Below are positions 8,773 through 17,222 of a DNA stretch of 64,000 nucleotides, one piece after another. The stretch spans positions 1 to 64,000 of IMG/VR virus record IMGVR_UViG_2931736537_000001. One strand, written 5' to 3'. Origin of the DNA: a virus. Taxonomy: Duplodnaviria > Caudoviricetes. Made by a program: the position numbers and the translations under genes. Positions within the stretch are counted from its first letter, which is position 1. Every line of letters begins with the position of its first letter. Under the pieces are notes generated by a model. It did not search any database. It saw nothing but the letters and a program-made list of their open reading frames with translations, and was not told where the DNA came from.

Positions 8773-8780
8773 TACCCATC

Positions 8781-8812
8781 GGGGCCCGCCCGCCGCACGG
8801 CGGGCGGGCCCC
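8781..8812 (+). terminator. perfect GC hairpin
   Basis: GGGGCCCGCCCGCCG-CA-CGGCGGGCGGGCCCC after the stop codon. Confidence 0.6.
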
Positions 8813-8831
8813 CTCCCAGGAGGAGGACTTC

Positions 8832-9020
8832 ATGGCCCGCATGCTCAGCGCGACCACCCGGCGCCACGCCGGGCACCCCTGCCGCTACGCCGGGCGTGGC
8901 TGCACCTGCTACTACTTCCTGGGCGCCCTGACGCACCCGCGCCAGCGCGGCATGGTCCGCGCCATGCAGCGCCGCAGGGCCCGGGCCGCCGAGAAGCGCT
9001 CCTGGCAGGCCGCCGACTGA
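8832..9020 (+). CDS. small basic protein with Cys residues
   Basis: AGGAGGAGG RBS; MARML..C..GCTC..RRRARAAEKRSW. Confidence 0.6.
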   Translation: MARMLSATTRRHAGHPCRYAGRGCTCYYFLGALTHPRQRGMVRAMQRRRARAAEKRSWQAAD

Positions 9021-9200
9021 CCCCGTCCTCGGCCGGGCCGTCCCAGGCGGGGGCGGCCCGGCCTTCGCGTCGTTCGCCGTGGCCTCCAGGCCGGCGCTGC
9101 CCGTGGACATGTGCCGGCAGCGACGCGCGGCGCACGGCCGGCGGTGCCGGTCCCAACCACGCGAGCGGGGCCCGCCGTTGGGCGGGCCCCGTCGGGTTCG

Positions 9201-10205
9201 TCAGCGGGCCAGGACCAGGACCTTCTCCCCTCCGATCAAGGGGGCGTCCTCCGGCCCGGCGATGTAAGGGCTGATCCAGATCGGCTTGTGCGCGCCGCGC
9301 GAGGGGTACCACTGGTTTTTCCAGTGGCCTCGTACGACCCAGCGGTGCTGGTACTCACGGGTGCCGGGCTGCTCGGCCGGGTCGGCGCCCCGCTCGGTGC
9401 GGGCCCGACGCAGCCGGATCAGCCGGACCTCGGTGCCGTAGTCCCGGTCCATGCGCTGGATCCGGCGCCGGGAGGCCCTGTCGGCGGTCACACGCTCGCT
9501 CGTGGCGAGGGTCTGGCCCATGAGCAGCCAGGTCGCCTGGATCAGCCGCAGAAGGGCAACGTCGGCCTCCGGGGTGTCGCTCAGGTCGGGCTTGCCCGCC
9601 TCGATCAGCGTGGTCCGCTGGTAGGTGAACCCGTGGATCGGGTGGATGTTGGCCATCCGGCCGGGCGCGACGTGCGCGAAGTGCTGGCGCAGCCACGCCT
9701 CGTTCTCGGCCGGGTCCTGGTCGCCCAGGTAGTTGGGCAGGGAGGCTTCGACCTGGTCGAGGTACTCGCGGGTGCCGCTCCAGTAGTCGATGGCCAGGTG
9801 CCCGAGCCAGGGCCCCCAGGTGACCAGCCGGATGGGCTGGTTGCCCGCCGCCTCGTACCGCAGGGGCGGGTCCTCGAAGGCGAGCATCCCGACCGGGGCG
9901 GGCAGGTCCTCCGGGCGCATCTCGAAGTCGGTGAGGCTCTCGGCGGCGTGGTGTGCCAGGGCCGTCATGTCGCTGGTGACGTAGAAGAGTTCCGCAGCGC
10001 GCAGTCCGGCGGCCGTGCGGGCGGCCAGGCCCTGCGGGGTGGTGATGCCGGGCGGCAGGAGGTCGTCGAAGGAGGTCCGGGCGGCGGGCGGCAGCATGCA
10101 GTGCAGCCAGTTCGCCATGCCGTCGCGGCCGCGGTCGGCGGCCCAGGCGGCGAGGTCGGCTCTGACCTCGGGTATCTCGCGGGCGGTGGGTGTCGTGACG
10201 GCCAT
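9201..10205 (-). CDS. conserved phage-type protein with C-terminal VRGHW motif
   Basis: HRWVVRGHWKNQWYPS...IWISPYIAGP; AAGGGGG RBS. Confidence 0.75.
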   Translation of the reverse strand: MAVTTPTAREIPEVRADLAAWAADRGRDGMANWLHCMLPPAARTSFDDLLPPGITTPQGLAARTAAGLRAAELFYVTSDMTALAHHAAESLTDFEMRPEDLPAPVGMLAFEDPPLRYEAAGNQPIRLVTWGPWLGHLAIDYWSGTREYLDQVEASLPNYLGDQDPAENEAWLRQHFAHVAPGRMANIHPIHGFTYQRTTLIEAGKPDLSDTPEADVALLRLIQATWLLMGQTLATSERVTADRASRRRIQRMDRDYGTEVRLIRLRRARTERGADPAEQPGTREYQHRWVVRGHWKNQWYPSRGAHKPIWISPYIAGPEDAPLIGGEKVLVLAR

Positions 10206-10407
10206 GGCCGTCCCCCTTTTCAAGATCGGCAACATCGGGGTGACGAGACATTCGCGTGGATCCCGCGAGGACATCCAGCGGTGTGCGCGATGTGGCCGTC
10301 TGCCGTGGGAGAACTGGGCTCGGGGGTCCGCCGGCCGTGCGCCGGCACCCGCAGGGCGCGGCCTGGGCGCGGCCGGCGAGCCCCTTCTCCGTACCGGGAA
10401 ATCGATC

Positions 10408-10435
10408 TTGACTTTACAACGTTAGGTTGTATGGT
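10408..10435 (+). promoter_or_regulatory. sigma70/HrdB-type promoter containing the 17-bp palindromic operator (second family)
   Basis: TTGACT-16nt-TATGGT; TACAAC-GTTAG-GTTGTA at 10415-10431. Confidence 0.7.
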
Positions 10436-10471
10436 TGTGGTCGTGCGAACGCCCCGCACCGAGGAGAGACC

Positions 10472-10723
10472 ATGAAGACCGCGCACCCGCTCGCGCAGGC
10501 CAAGACCGAGATCCTTCTGCACTTCGACGCCCTGTACGGCGAGGAGTGCACCGAGATGCAGACCCTGATCGACGCGGTGGCGGACGCCGCCGCGACTGGT
10601 AGCCCGGAGGCCCTGAGCCGGGCGCGGGTGGCGTTCCACCTGCAGAAGGACGCCCTGTACGGCGAGGAGTACGAGACCCTTTCCGGGCTGCTCGACAGCC
10701 TGGTTGCCGCCGCCGAGACCTGA
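10472..10723 (+). CDS. small acidic protein with internal duplication
   Basis: GAGGAG RBS; DALYGEE occurs twice (22-bp direct repeat at 10526-10547 and 10649-10670). Confidence 0.75.
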   Translation: MKTAHPLAQAKTEILLHFDALYGEECTEMQTLIDAVADAAATGSPEALSRARVAFHLQKDALYGEEYETLSGLLDSLVAAAET

Positions 10724-10778
10724 CGGGCACGGCGCCCCCCGTGCCCCTGCCGGGCTACGGGGGCGCCGCCTGTGAGCC

Positions 10779-11807
10779 CTACGCGATGCGACGGCCGGCG
10801 AGGGCTGCCGGGCGGACGGTGCCCGGCCCGAAGCGGCGGTTGGCGCGGTCGATGGCCGTCTCCGCGCGCCGGACGTTCTCCTCGCTGCGGTCCAGGGAGA
10901 TCTGCTCGGCGACGCGGTCGGCGTCCACGAGCTGCTCGGCGCGGACGGTCACGGCCCGGATCCGGGCCCGCTCGAGGTTCAGGCCGTTGAAGATGCGGTA
11001 GGCGCACTCGCGCAGGTCGGCGTCGTGCGCGGTGGCACTCGGTAGCTTGCGGGCACGGGTGAGCAGGGACCGGTCGGCCATGCGCAGCTGCAGCTGGAGG
11101 CCGGTTGCGGCCTGCTCGCGCTCGCGCAGCCGGGCTCCTATGACCACGACCGTCTCCAGGATGGCCGCGCGGATGCGGTCGCCGTCGAGTTCATCGCGGT
11201 CGAAGCGCCTGCTCTCGCTGGTGGAGCGGGGCAGGTCGGTCGGGGTGACGCGACGGTGGTCCTCGCCGCGGGCCCGCTGCTGCAGCAGCCGTCCGTCCCG
11301 GCCCCCCAGGAGCCGCTGGGCGGTGAGGGCCGGGACACCGGCCAGCAGGCCGATGCAGTGGATGCCGTAGTCGCGCAGGGTCGCGGCCTGGCGCCGGCCG
11401 ATGCCGTACAGGGCGTCGATGGGCAGTGGGTGCAGGAAGGCGGCGACCGCTTCGGGGGTGTCGGGGACGAGTCGGATGCCGCGCGGGCCCGGGCGGGCCG
11501 ACGCTGTCGCGGCGAGCGCCCAGTTCGAGGCCACCCCGACGTGGACGTCGACGCCGGTCAGGGCGAGGGCGCGGACGCGGATGATCTCGGCGAGTTCGTA
11601 CGGGGTCCGCCGGTGCAGGCGCAGGACCCCGGCGAGGTCGACGAGGGCCGCCCCGGGCGGGAGGACCTGGACGACCGGGGAGATCGGGTCGAGGACTTCC
11701 AGGACGGCGCGGTAGAGGGGCTCGGGTGTGCCCGGGGGGACGCGCAGGTGCAGCACGGTCGCTCGCAGGGCGGCGTCCTCGCCCGGGTCTGGTGCTGGCG
11801 TGCTCAC
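10779..11807 (-). CDS. ImuB/DinB-like Y-family polymerase homolog, apparently non-catalytic
   Basis: ISPVVQVLPP.AALVDL, HVGVASNWALA, FLHPLPIDALYGIG, little-finger domain, IDRANRRFG; N-terminal catalytic Asp motif absent. Confidence 0.85.
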   Translation of the reverse strand: MSTPAPDPGEDAALRATVLHLRVPPGTPEPLYRAVLEVLDPISPVVQVLPPGAALVDLAGVLRLHRRTPYELAEIIRVRALALTGVDVHVGVASNWALAATASARPGPRGIRLVPDTPEAVAAFLHPLPIDALYGIGRRQAATLRDYGIHCIGLLAGVPALTAQRLLGGRDGRLLQQRARGEDHRRVTPTDLPRSTSESRRFDRDELDGDRIRAAILETVVVIGARLREREQAATGLQLQLRMADRSLLTRARKLPSATAHDADLRECAYRIFNGLNLERARIRAVTVRAEQLVDADRVAEQISLDRSEENVRRAETAIDRANRRFGPGTVRPAALAGRRIA

Positions 11808-11820
11808 CCTCCCCAGACTA

Positions 11821-11836
11821 TCGAAACTCTGTTCTA
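11821..11836. promoter_or_regulatory. LexA (SOS) box
   Basis: TCGAAA-CTCT-GTTCTA versus actinobacterial consensus TCGAAC-N4-GTTCGA; 14 bp upstream of the imuB-like start. Confidence 0.65.
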
Positions 11837-11854
11837 TTCGCGTGGGGGCGGGAC

Positions 11855-12730
11855 TCAGTTCGTCCTCCGGTTCGTCAGGTGCGGTCCGATGTAGCCGACG
11901 ATCACCAGGCCGGAGGCTCCCTTGCCGGCGAGGTCGTCGCGGAAGTGGACCCGCGGACAGACGTTGCCCCGGCCGGCCAGCTTCAGGTGGGCCTGCATCT
12001 CGACCCGGGCACCGCCGACGCCCGGGAAGAGCCGCTCCCGGCCGTGCGCGCCCATGGTCGCTTCCGTCTCCGTCATCGCCAGCTGGCTCGACGGGTACGC
12101 CCGGGCGCCGGCTGGGGGGCGCTGACAGAACTGGTGGAAGCCGCCTCCGAACCCGTTCTTGCGGTGCTCGGCGTACGACTCGAGTGCGCACAGGCCCTGC
12201 CACGCCTTGGAGGCCCAGGTCCGGCCGGCGGTGTGCTCGTCGAGGGAGAGGGCGGTTCGCCTGTCCGCGGTGACCTCCACGTGTTCGAAGACGTCCAGGC
12301 GCTGCCACAGCTCCGCGAACGACGCCGGGAGGTCGAGAAGTGCTGCCGTGGCCGCGGCGACGTCCTCGTAGCGGCCCTGCTTCAGCAGGAGTGCTCGCAG
12401 GGCGTCCGCCTCGGCGCGGGCGTGCTCGAGCTCGCCCAGGGTGAGCAGGTGGTCCTCCATCTCCGTCTCCCGCGCAGTCTCCGCTTCCCTACGCTGCTCC
12501 TCGGCCCGGCAGACGGTTCGGCCCGCCTCCTGCAGCTGGTGGCTGGCTTCCGCGAGCAGTTCGTTCAGCACCGCGACTTCGGTCTCGAGGTCGGCCGCGT
12601 CGGTGCGGGGCTGCGGGACTGTCTCGAGTCGCTCGGGGCTGGGGGCGGGGCGGGGTCGGCTGCGGCCGGGGCCGCGGCGCCGGCCACGCGTGGAGCTGCC
12701 GCGGGTGGACGATCGGGGGGTACTGGTCAT
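11855..12730 (-). CDS. coiled-coil protein with putative RelE/ParE-like C-terminal domain
   Basis: Coiled coil followed by AHLK...PRVHF...VIVGYIGPHL. Confidence 0.55.
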   Translation of the reverse strand: MTSTPRSSTRGSSTRGRRRGPGRSRPRPAPSPERLETVPQPRTDAADLETEVAVLNELLAEASHQLQEAGRTVCRAEEQRREAETARETEMEDHLLTLGELEHARAEADALRALLLKQGRYEDVAAATAALLDLPASFAELWQRLDVFEHVEVTADRRTALSLDEHTAGRTWASKAWQGLCALESYAEHRKNGFGGGFHQFCQRPPAGARAYPSSQLAMTETEATMGAHGRERLFPGVGGARVEMQAHLKLAGRGNVCPRVHFRDDLAGKGASGLVIVGYIGPHLTNRRTN

Positions 12731-12775
12731 CGGGGAGCCTCCAGGACGGTCGCTGGGACTGCTGTCGGTACGCGT

Positions 12776-12804
12776 GTGGGCCGCCTCCGGGGGAGGCGGC
12801 CCAC
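12776..12804 (-). terminator. hairpin after the NUDIX gene
   Basis: GTGGGCCGCCTCC-GGG-GGAGGCGGCCCAC. Confidence 0.6.
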
Positions 12805-12825
12805 AAGGTGTTCAGTTGAGGACGG

Positions 12826-13236
12826 TCAGCGCGTGAGCTTCTGCCGGGCCTCATGGACGATCTCGTCGTGGTCGAAGGCGAGGTCGCCGGTCGTTGCCAG
12901 CGGCACCCACCGCACGGCTGCCGCGTCGTCCCCGGCCCGGGCGGTGGTGTCCTCGGGGACGTTGATGAGGTACGCGGTGCTGACGAAGTTGCCGCGCGGG
13001 TCTCGTCCGGGACAGTCGAAGACGCCGACCTCGACCAGGTCCGACTCGCGAACCCGGACGCCGGTCTCTTCCAGCAGTTCCCGCGCTGCGGCGGCCCGGG
13101 GAGTCTCGCCGTCGTCCACGAAACCGCCGGGCAGCGCGAGCTTCCCCTTGTACGGGGGCCAGCCGCGTCGGATCAGGAGGACTTCGTCCCCCTTCATGCA
13201 GACCACGTCGGCGGTGTTCTGGACGCTTTCGGTCAT
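12826..13236 (-). CDS. NUDIX hydrolase (ADP-ribose pyrophosphatase-like)
   Basis: ALPGGFVDDGETPRAAAARELLEETGV Nudix box; RDPR; LAFDH. Confidence 0.92.
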   Translation of the reverse strand: MTESVQNTADVVCMKGDEVLLIRRGWPPYKGKLALPGGFVDDGETPRAAAARELLEETGVRVRESDLVEVGVFDCPGRDPRGNFVSTAYLINVPEDTTARAGDDAAAVRWVPLATTGDLAFDHDEIVHEARQKLTR

Positions 13237-13297
13237 TGCCTTTCCCTTCTCGGGTGTGCGGGTGCGGGCGGCCTGGAGGCCGGGAATCTGTGGTCTC

Positions 13298-14011
13298 TCA
13301 GGGGAAGGTGGTGTCTAGGAAGTCGGCGCAGGTACGGGCGGTGCGTCGAGTGCTCCGGGTGACCTGGGTGGGGACGGTGCGCAGTTTGTCCGCCAGGACG
13401 CTGGCGTGCAGCACGTTGATCTCACGGTTCTCGTCGCCGTGCTCTCGGTGGAACTGGACGTGGCCGCCGTTGGCGACGCTGGCCCCGTGCACCGGCAGCG
13501 CCTGGGCGACGCCGATGTGTCCCAGGTCCTCGCTGTTGCCGTTGAGTGCCTGCGCCACGGTGTCGGCCGCGTGCAGCACCCAGTCCACCGCGATGTCGCC
13601 GTCGGCTCCGCCGGCCTGCAGACCGTCGTCGTCGAGACGGATCTGCGCGTCCTGGGGCCAGTCCCAGTCCATGCAGACGACCACGCGGTTCGCGGACGGC
13701 GGCACGCACAGGTGGTAGACCCGGTCGGGGTCCTGGCCGATCGGGCGGGCGTGCAGCAGCCGCCAGCCGTCGTGGCGCAGCGTCGACAGGTACCCGGCGG
13801 TGCGGTTGGTGAGCCGGGCGTGGCGTCGGGTGGCGCGGTCGGGGCGCGAGCGGCCGACCTGGGCGCCTGCGACCGCTGTCGTCCCTCCCATGAGCAGGGC
13901 CCAGCCCAGGCCGCCGGTGACGCCGCCGAGGACGGCGCCCGCCGTGCCGGTGGCCAGGCCGTACGTGGCGGTGGTCGCGGCGCGTTCGGCCCGTAGGCGG
14001 ACTGTGGTCAT
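13298..14011 (-). CDS. membrane-anchored degenerate NERD-like protein
   Basis: Gly-rich TM region, then RTAGYL..L...GWRLLHAR.I...VYHLCVPPS; acidic and Lys catalytic residues missing. Confidence 0.55.
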   Translation of the reverse strand: MTTVRLRAERAATTATYGLATGTAGAVLGGVTGGLGWALLMGGTTAVAGAQVGRSRPDRATRRHARLTNRTAGYLSTLRHDGWRLLHARPIGQDPDRVYHLCVPPSANRVVVCMDWDWPQDAQIRLDDDGLQAGGADGDIAVDWVLHAADTVAQALNGNSEDLGHIGVAQALPVHGASVANGGHVQFHREHGDENREINVLHASVLADKLRTVPTQVTRSTRRTARTCADFLDTTFP

Positions 14012-14685
14012 CGTCGGTCTCCTTCCTCTTCCTCGTAGCGGGGCAGGACTGTGGAGGCGACGGCGGCCACGGTCTCGGCCCACCAGGGGTCGGGGCGGCC
14101 GGCCATCGTCCGCAGGACGGCCACCAGGTCATCGGCTGGGACGATGCGGACGCCGTCGAGGGCGAAGCCGCCGCCGGCGACCGGTGCGTTGTGCATGGCG
14201 ATCAGGGGGGTTACCGCAACGGGGCGGGTGTGTCCTCGTCGGCGCAGGGCTTCGCGCAGGGACTCGCGCATCCGGGTCGTCTCCAAGCGGACGCTGCCGA
14301 TGACCGAGCCGTAGTCCTTCTCTCCGTGGAACAGGCGGCCGTTGACCGGGAGCACCTCGTCGTTGCGGTGCCACAGCTTCGCGTCGACCGGGATCACGTC
14401 CCCGCTCGGCGCCACCAGGAAGATGTCGACGTTGGCCGAGTGCATGCCGGGGATGCTCCGGTCGAACAGGCCGAACCAGCCCTCGTCGGCCAGGGGGCGC
14501 ACCAGGGCGGCGGTCCGGCGCTCCCCCTCGGCGCCGGCCCGCGAGTTCCGCGCCAGGGTCATGGCCTCGGCCGGGATCGCGGCGGGGAAGCCGAGCGCGG
14601 CCTTGAGGCGGGCGAGCAGGCCGGTGGGGCGGGCCGCGCGTAAGACGGCGTCGGCCCGCTCGTCGGCGGACCTGCCCGCGCTCAC
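14008..14685 (-). CDS. NERD nuclease-related domain protein
   Basis: GAEGERRTA..L...GW..LFDRSIPG..ANVDIFLVAPSG.VIPVDAK.W. Confidence 0.85.
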   Translation of the reverse strand: MSAGRSADERADAVLRAARPTGLLARLKAALGFPAAIPAEAMTLARNSRAGAEGERRTAALVRPLADEGWFGLFDRSIPGMHSANVDIFLVAPSGDVIPVDAKLWHRNDEVLPVNGRLFHGEKDYGSVIGSVRLETTRMRESLREALRRRGHTRPVAVTPLIAMHNAPVAGGGFALDGVRIVPADDLVAVLRTMAGRPDPWWAETVAAVASTVLPRYEEEEGDRR

Positions 14686-15485
14686 CGCCGCAGCCCCAGG
14701 ACCTCGAGCGCGTGCACCTGGTACAGGACGGTGCCGTGCTGGCGGAAGGCCGCGGGGCCGGAGCTCCAGCCGCAGGTGCACTCCAGTGCCGTGGCGTCCT
14801 GCGTGGTGGGTCGGCTCCACGAGGGGATGTGCTGCTTGTCGTTGGCCCACAGCTGGCTGGCGTGCTCCGGGCAGGCGAAGCCGACGGCCGAGCCGGACAT
14901 CCATCCTTCGCCGTGGATGCCGTTCTTGCCCTGCCACACGTCGACGATGTCCAGTTCGTGGAGGCAGCCGGGCACGAAGCAGTTGCGCTTGGTGCTGCCG
15001 TGTTCCTCCCACTGCTTCCAGCTCGCGTTGAGGCCGGTGGCCAGCAGGGACAGCACGTCGTCGCCGAGGTACTCGGCGAGGTCCGTCACGCTCATGGGGC
15101 GGCTGGCCTGGGCGAATGCCGCCTCGGCCTCCTTCTTGGCCTGCTCCGCCCAGTCCGTCACCTCGACGCCGGCGGGGGCGGCGATGTTCCGTTCGATCCA
15201 CAGGCTGACGCCGAGCTGGTGCGGGCCGTCGCCGAGGGGGCCGTGGTAGAAGTCGGTGAACGCCTGGCCGTACTTCGGGTCGATGCCGTTCAGGAAGTGC
15301 AGCGTCCGCAGGGACAGCGCGGCCAGTGTGCCGGCGACGCTCTGCCAGCCCAAGGTGGCCGGGTTGACCGGCTGCGGGGACACCACGGTGCGCAGGTACA
15401 GGTGGGCCAGGTCCTCGAGCGTCTCGGCCACCGTGGGCAGTTGGTCGTCGGTCTCGTCGGTCGTGTGGTCGGTCCGGTCGCTCAT
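14682..15485 (-). CDS. hypothetical protein with C-terminal Cys/His motifs
   Basis: GAGGAA RBS; CFVPGC, CPEH, CTCGW. Confidence 0.7.
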   Translation of the reverse strand: MSDRTDHTTDETDDQLPTVAETLEDLAHLYLRTVVSPQPVNPATLGWQSVAGTLAALSLRTLHFLNGIDPKYGQAFTDFYHGPLGDGPHQLGVSLWIERNIAAPAGVEVTDWAEQAKKEAEAAFAQASRPMSVTDLAEYLGDDVLSLLATGLNASWKQWEEHGSTKRNCFVPGCLHELDIVDVWQGKNGIHGEGWMSGSAVGFACPEHASQLWANDKQHIPSWSRPTTQDATALECTCGWSSGPAAFRQHGTVLYQVHALEVLGLRR

Positions 15486-15509
15486 GAGGGCTGTTCCTCT
15501 CGTCGTAGG

Positions 15510-16070
15510 TCAGCAGTCCGCCGGTGCGTAGGGCACCAGGGGGGCGGTGTCGGGCTGGTAGAGCGGGTGCAGGGGCTGGCCGGACCGCGTGGTGCCGAAG
15601 CACCGCAGTCCGACGCCGCGTCGCCACAGCCGGGTGGTGACCTGTTCGGCGCGGCCGCGGAAGGTGCCGTGCGCGCCCCAGGCCGCGATCACCAGCGGTG
15701 AGGTGGCCACGGTGTGGTGCAGGAAGGAGTCGGCGTACGCGCCGACCGGGTCGAGGTCCTTCCTGAGCGCGGCCGGGTCGGTGGCGCAGCGGGCGAAGAG
15801 GTTCACCACCGCAATCCCGCCGGCCCGCTCGCGCCGCGCGAAGGAGATGCAGCGGGTGACGGTGGGGTCGTTGGCCCGGGCGCCCGCGGTCGACGGGTTG
15901 AGCATCACGAAGACGGCGAGCGGCCGGGCCGGGTCCCACATCCGGGTCAGCAGGTACCGGTGGGTGCGGGCCTTGTTGAAGACGGCCGTGCCCAGGGGGC
16001 GGTCCTCGAAGCCGTGGTCCTCCTCGGCGACCAGGTCGGCCAGCACCGGTTCTGCGAGGGCCGCTGTCAC
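15510..16070 (-). CDS. DUF1643 family protein
   Basis: RYLLTRMWD, FVMLNPSTA, DPTVTRC, VVNLFA, IAAWGAHG, HPLY. Confidence 0.9.
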   Translation of the reverse strand: MTAALAEPVLADLVAEEDHGFEDRPLGTAVFNKARTHRYLLTRMWDPARPLAVFVMLNPSTAGARANDPTVTRCISFARRERAGGIAVVNLFARCATDPAALRKDLDPVGAYADSFLHHTVATSPLVIAAWGAHGTFRGRAEQVTTRLWRRGVGLRCFGTTRSGQPLHPLYQPDTAPLVPYAPADC

Positions 16071-16804
16071 GCGCCGGCCTGTCGCCGCGGGCGGATCTCG
16101 TAGTGGGCCAGCAGCGCCTTGGCGGCATTGAGGTGGTGCTGGCGCTGCGGCGCGGGCAGCGTCGCCCAGTTGGGCCGCTGGCTCTGCACGGTGTGCAGGC
16201 GCTGCGCCAGTGCGTCCACGGCGATCTCCTGCTCCTTCTGGAAGTCCAGGAGGTGGGTGTGGAAGGCGCGGTTGTACCGGGCGTCGGCGAGGGCGTGGTG
16301 CGCGTCGCCGATCTCGTCGCGCTCCAGGACCGGCAGGGGTGCGCCGAGCTGGCGGCGCCAGACCTCGAGGTCGGTGAAGATGCGGGGCACGCCTGGCGGC
16401 ATCTGGTTCCAGTCGTTGCCGAAGAGGCGGTGCAGGTAGCCGATGTCGTCCTTGCCCCAGTCGGCCAGCAGCTCCGGCTCGGTCTCGCCGGGGAAGTACG
16501 CGGCGACCTCGTCGGCGATCTGGGCGGCGGACCGGCCGTGCCGCTCGTAGTCGGGGTGGCTGGTGTCCCAGGTGATGTTGGCGACGGATCCGTCGGACCA
16601 GCGGGTGACCTTGACCGGCAGGTGCGGCAGGACGTGGTCCGGGATGAAGGAGTGGTCGACCAGGGCGTGCAGGTCGGCGTCGGTGTTGACGGCGTAGTAG
16701 TCGGCGGCCGGGAAGGTGTCGTCCGTCAGGCCGATCGACAGCAGCCCGGTCAGGGTCGGGTTTCTCGGGTCGAACTCGGTGTCCAGATAGACGTAGTGGC
16801 GCAT
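16067..16804 (-). CDS. DEDDh 3'-5' exoribonuclease (Rv2179c/RNase AS-like)
   Basis: YLDTEF, LLSIGL, YYAV, HHALADARYN. Confidence 0.85.
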   Translation of the reverse strand: MRHYVYLDTEFDPRNPTLTGLLSIGLTDDTFPAADYYAVNTDADLHALVDHSFIPDHVLPHLPVKVTRWSDGSVANITWDTSHPDYERHGRSAAQIADEVAAYFPGETEPELLADWGKDDIGYLHRLFGNDWNQMPPGVPRIFTDLEVWRRQLGAPLPVLERDEIGDAHHALADARYNRAFHTHLLDFQKEQEIAVDALAQRLHTVQSQRPNWATLPAPQRQHHLNAAKALLAHYEIRPRRQAGA

Positions 16805-16844
16805 GCGGGGTGGCTCCTTGCTGTGCGGTGGGTGGGCTGGGTGG

Positions 16845-17222
16845 TCAGCCCCGCCGGTCTTCGAGGCGGGGTACGCCGGCGTGGACGTGCTCGGCGCGCT
16901 CGGCTGCGGCGATCAGGGCGAGGCCCAGGCGGCGGGCGTCGACGGGGAACATCGCGCCGAAGTCCTCGCCCGGCGCCATGCAGTCGGGCGAGGACACGTA
17001 CACGGCTCCGCTGGTGTCCGGGTCGTCGACGCTGCGCACCCACCAGGTGGGCGTGGTGCGCCGTCGGCCGACGGTGCGCTGTTCGATGACCCACTCCCAG
17101 CCCGCCATCGGGTGGTCGGCCGGGTTGATCCGGGTGGGCCGGGGGCGCTCGCCGGACTGGGCGAGCGCCACCAGGTTCTCCAGTTCCTTGCGGACCTCCT
17201 CGAGGGTGAGGTCCTCGATCAC
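16845..17222 (-). CDS. hypothetical protein
   Basis: 3' part of ORF 16845..18596; GTGA overlap; DARRLGLALIAAAERAE. Confidence 0.6.
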   Translation of the reverse strand: MIEDLTLEEVRKELENLVALAQSGERPRPTRINPADHPMAGWEWVIEQRTVGRRRTTPTWWVRSVDDPDTSGAVYVSSPDCMAPGEDFGAMFPVDARRLGLALIAAAERAEHVHAGVPRLEDRRG

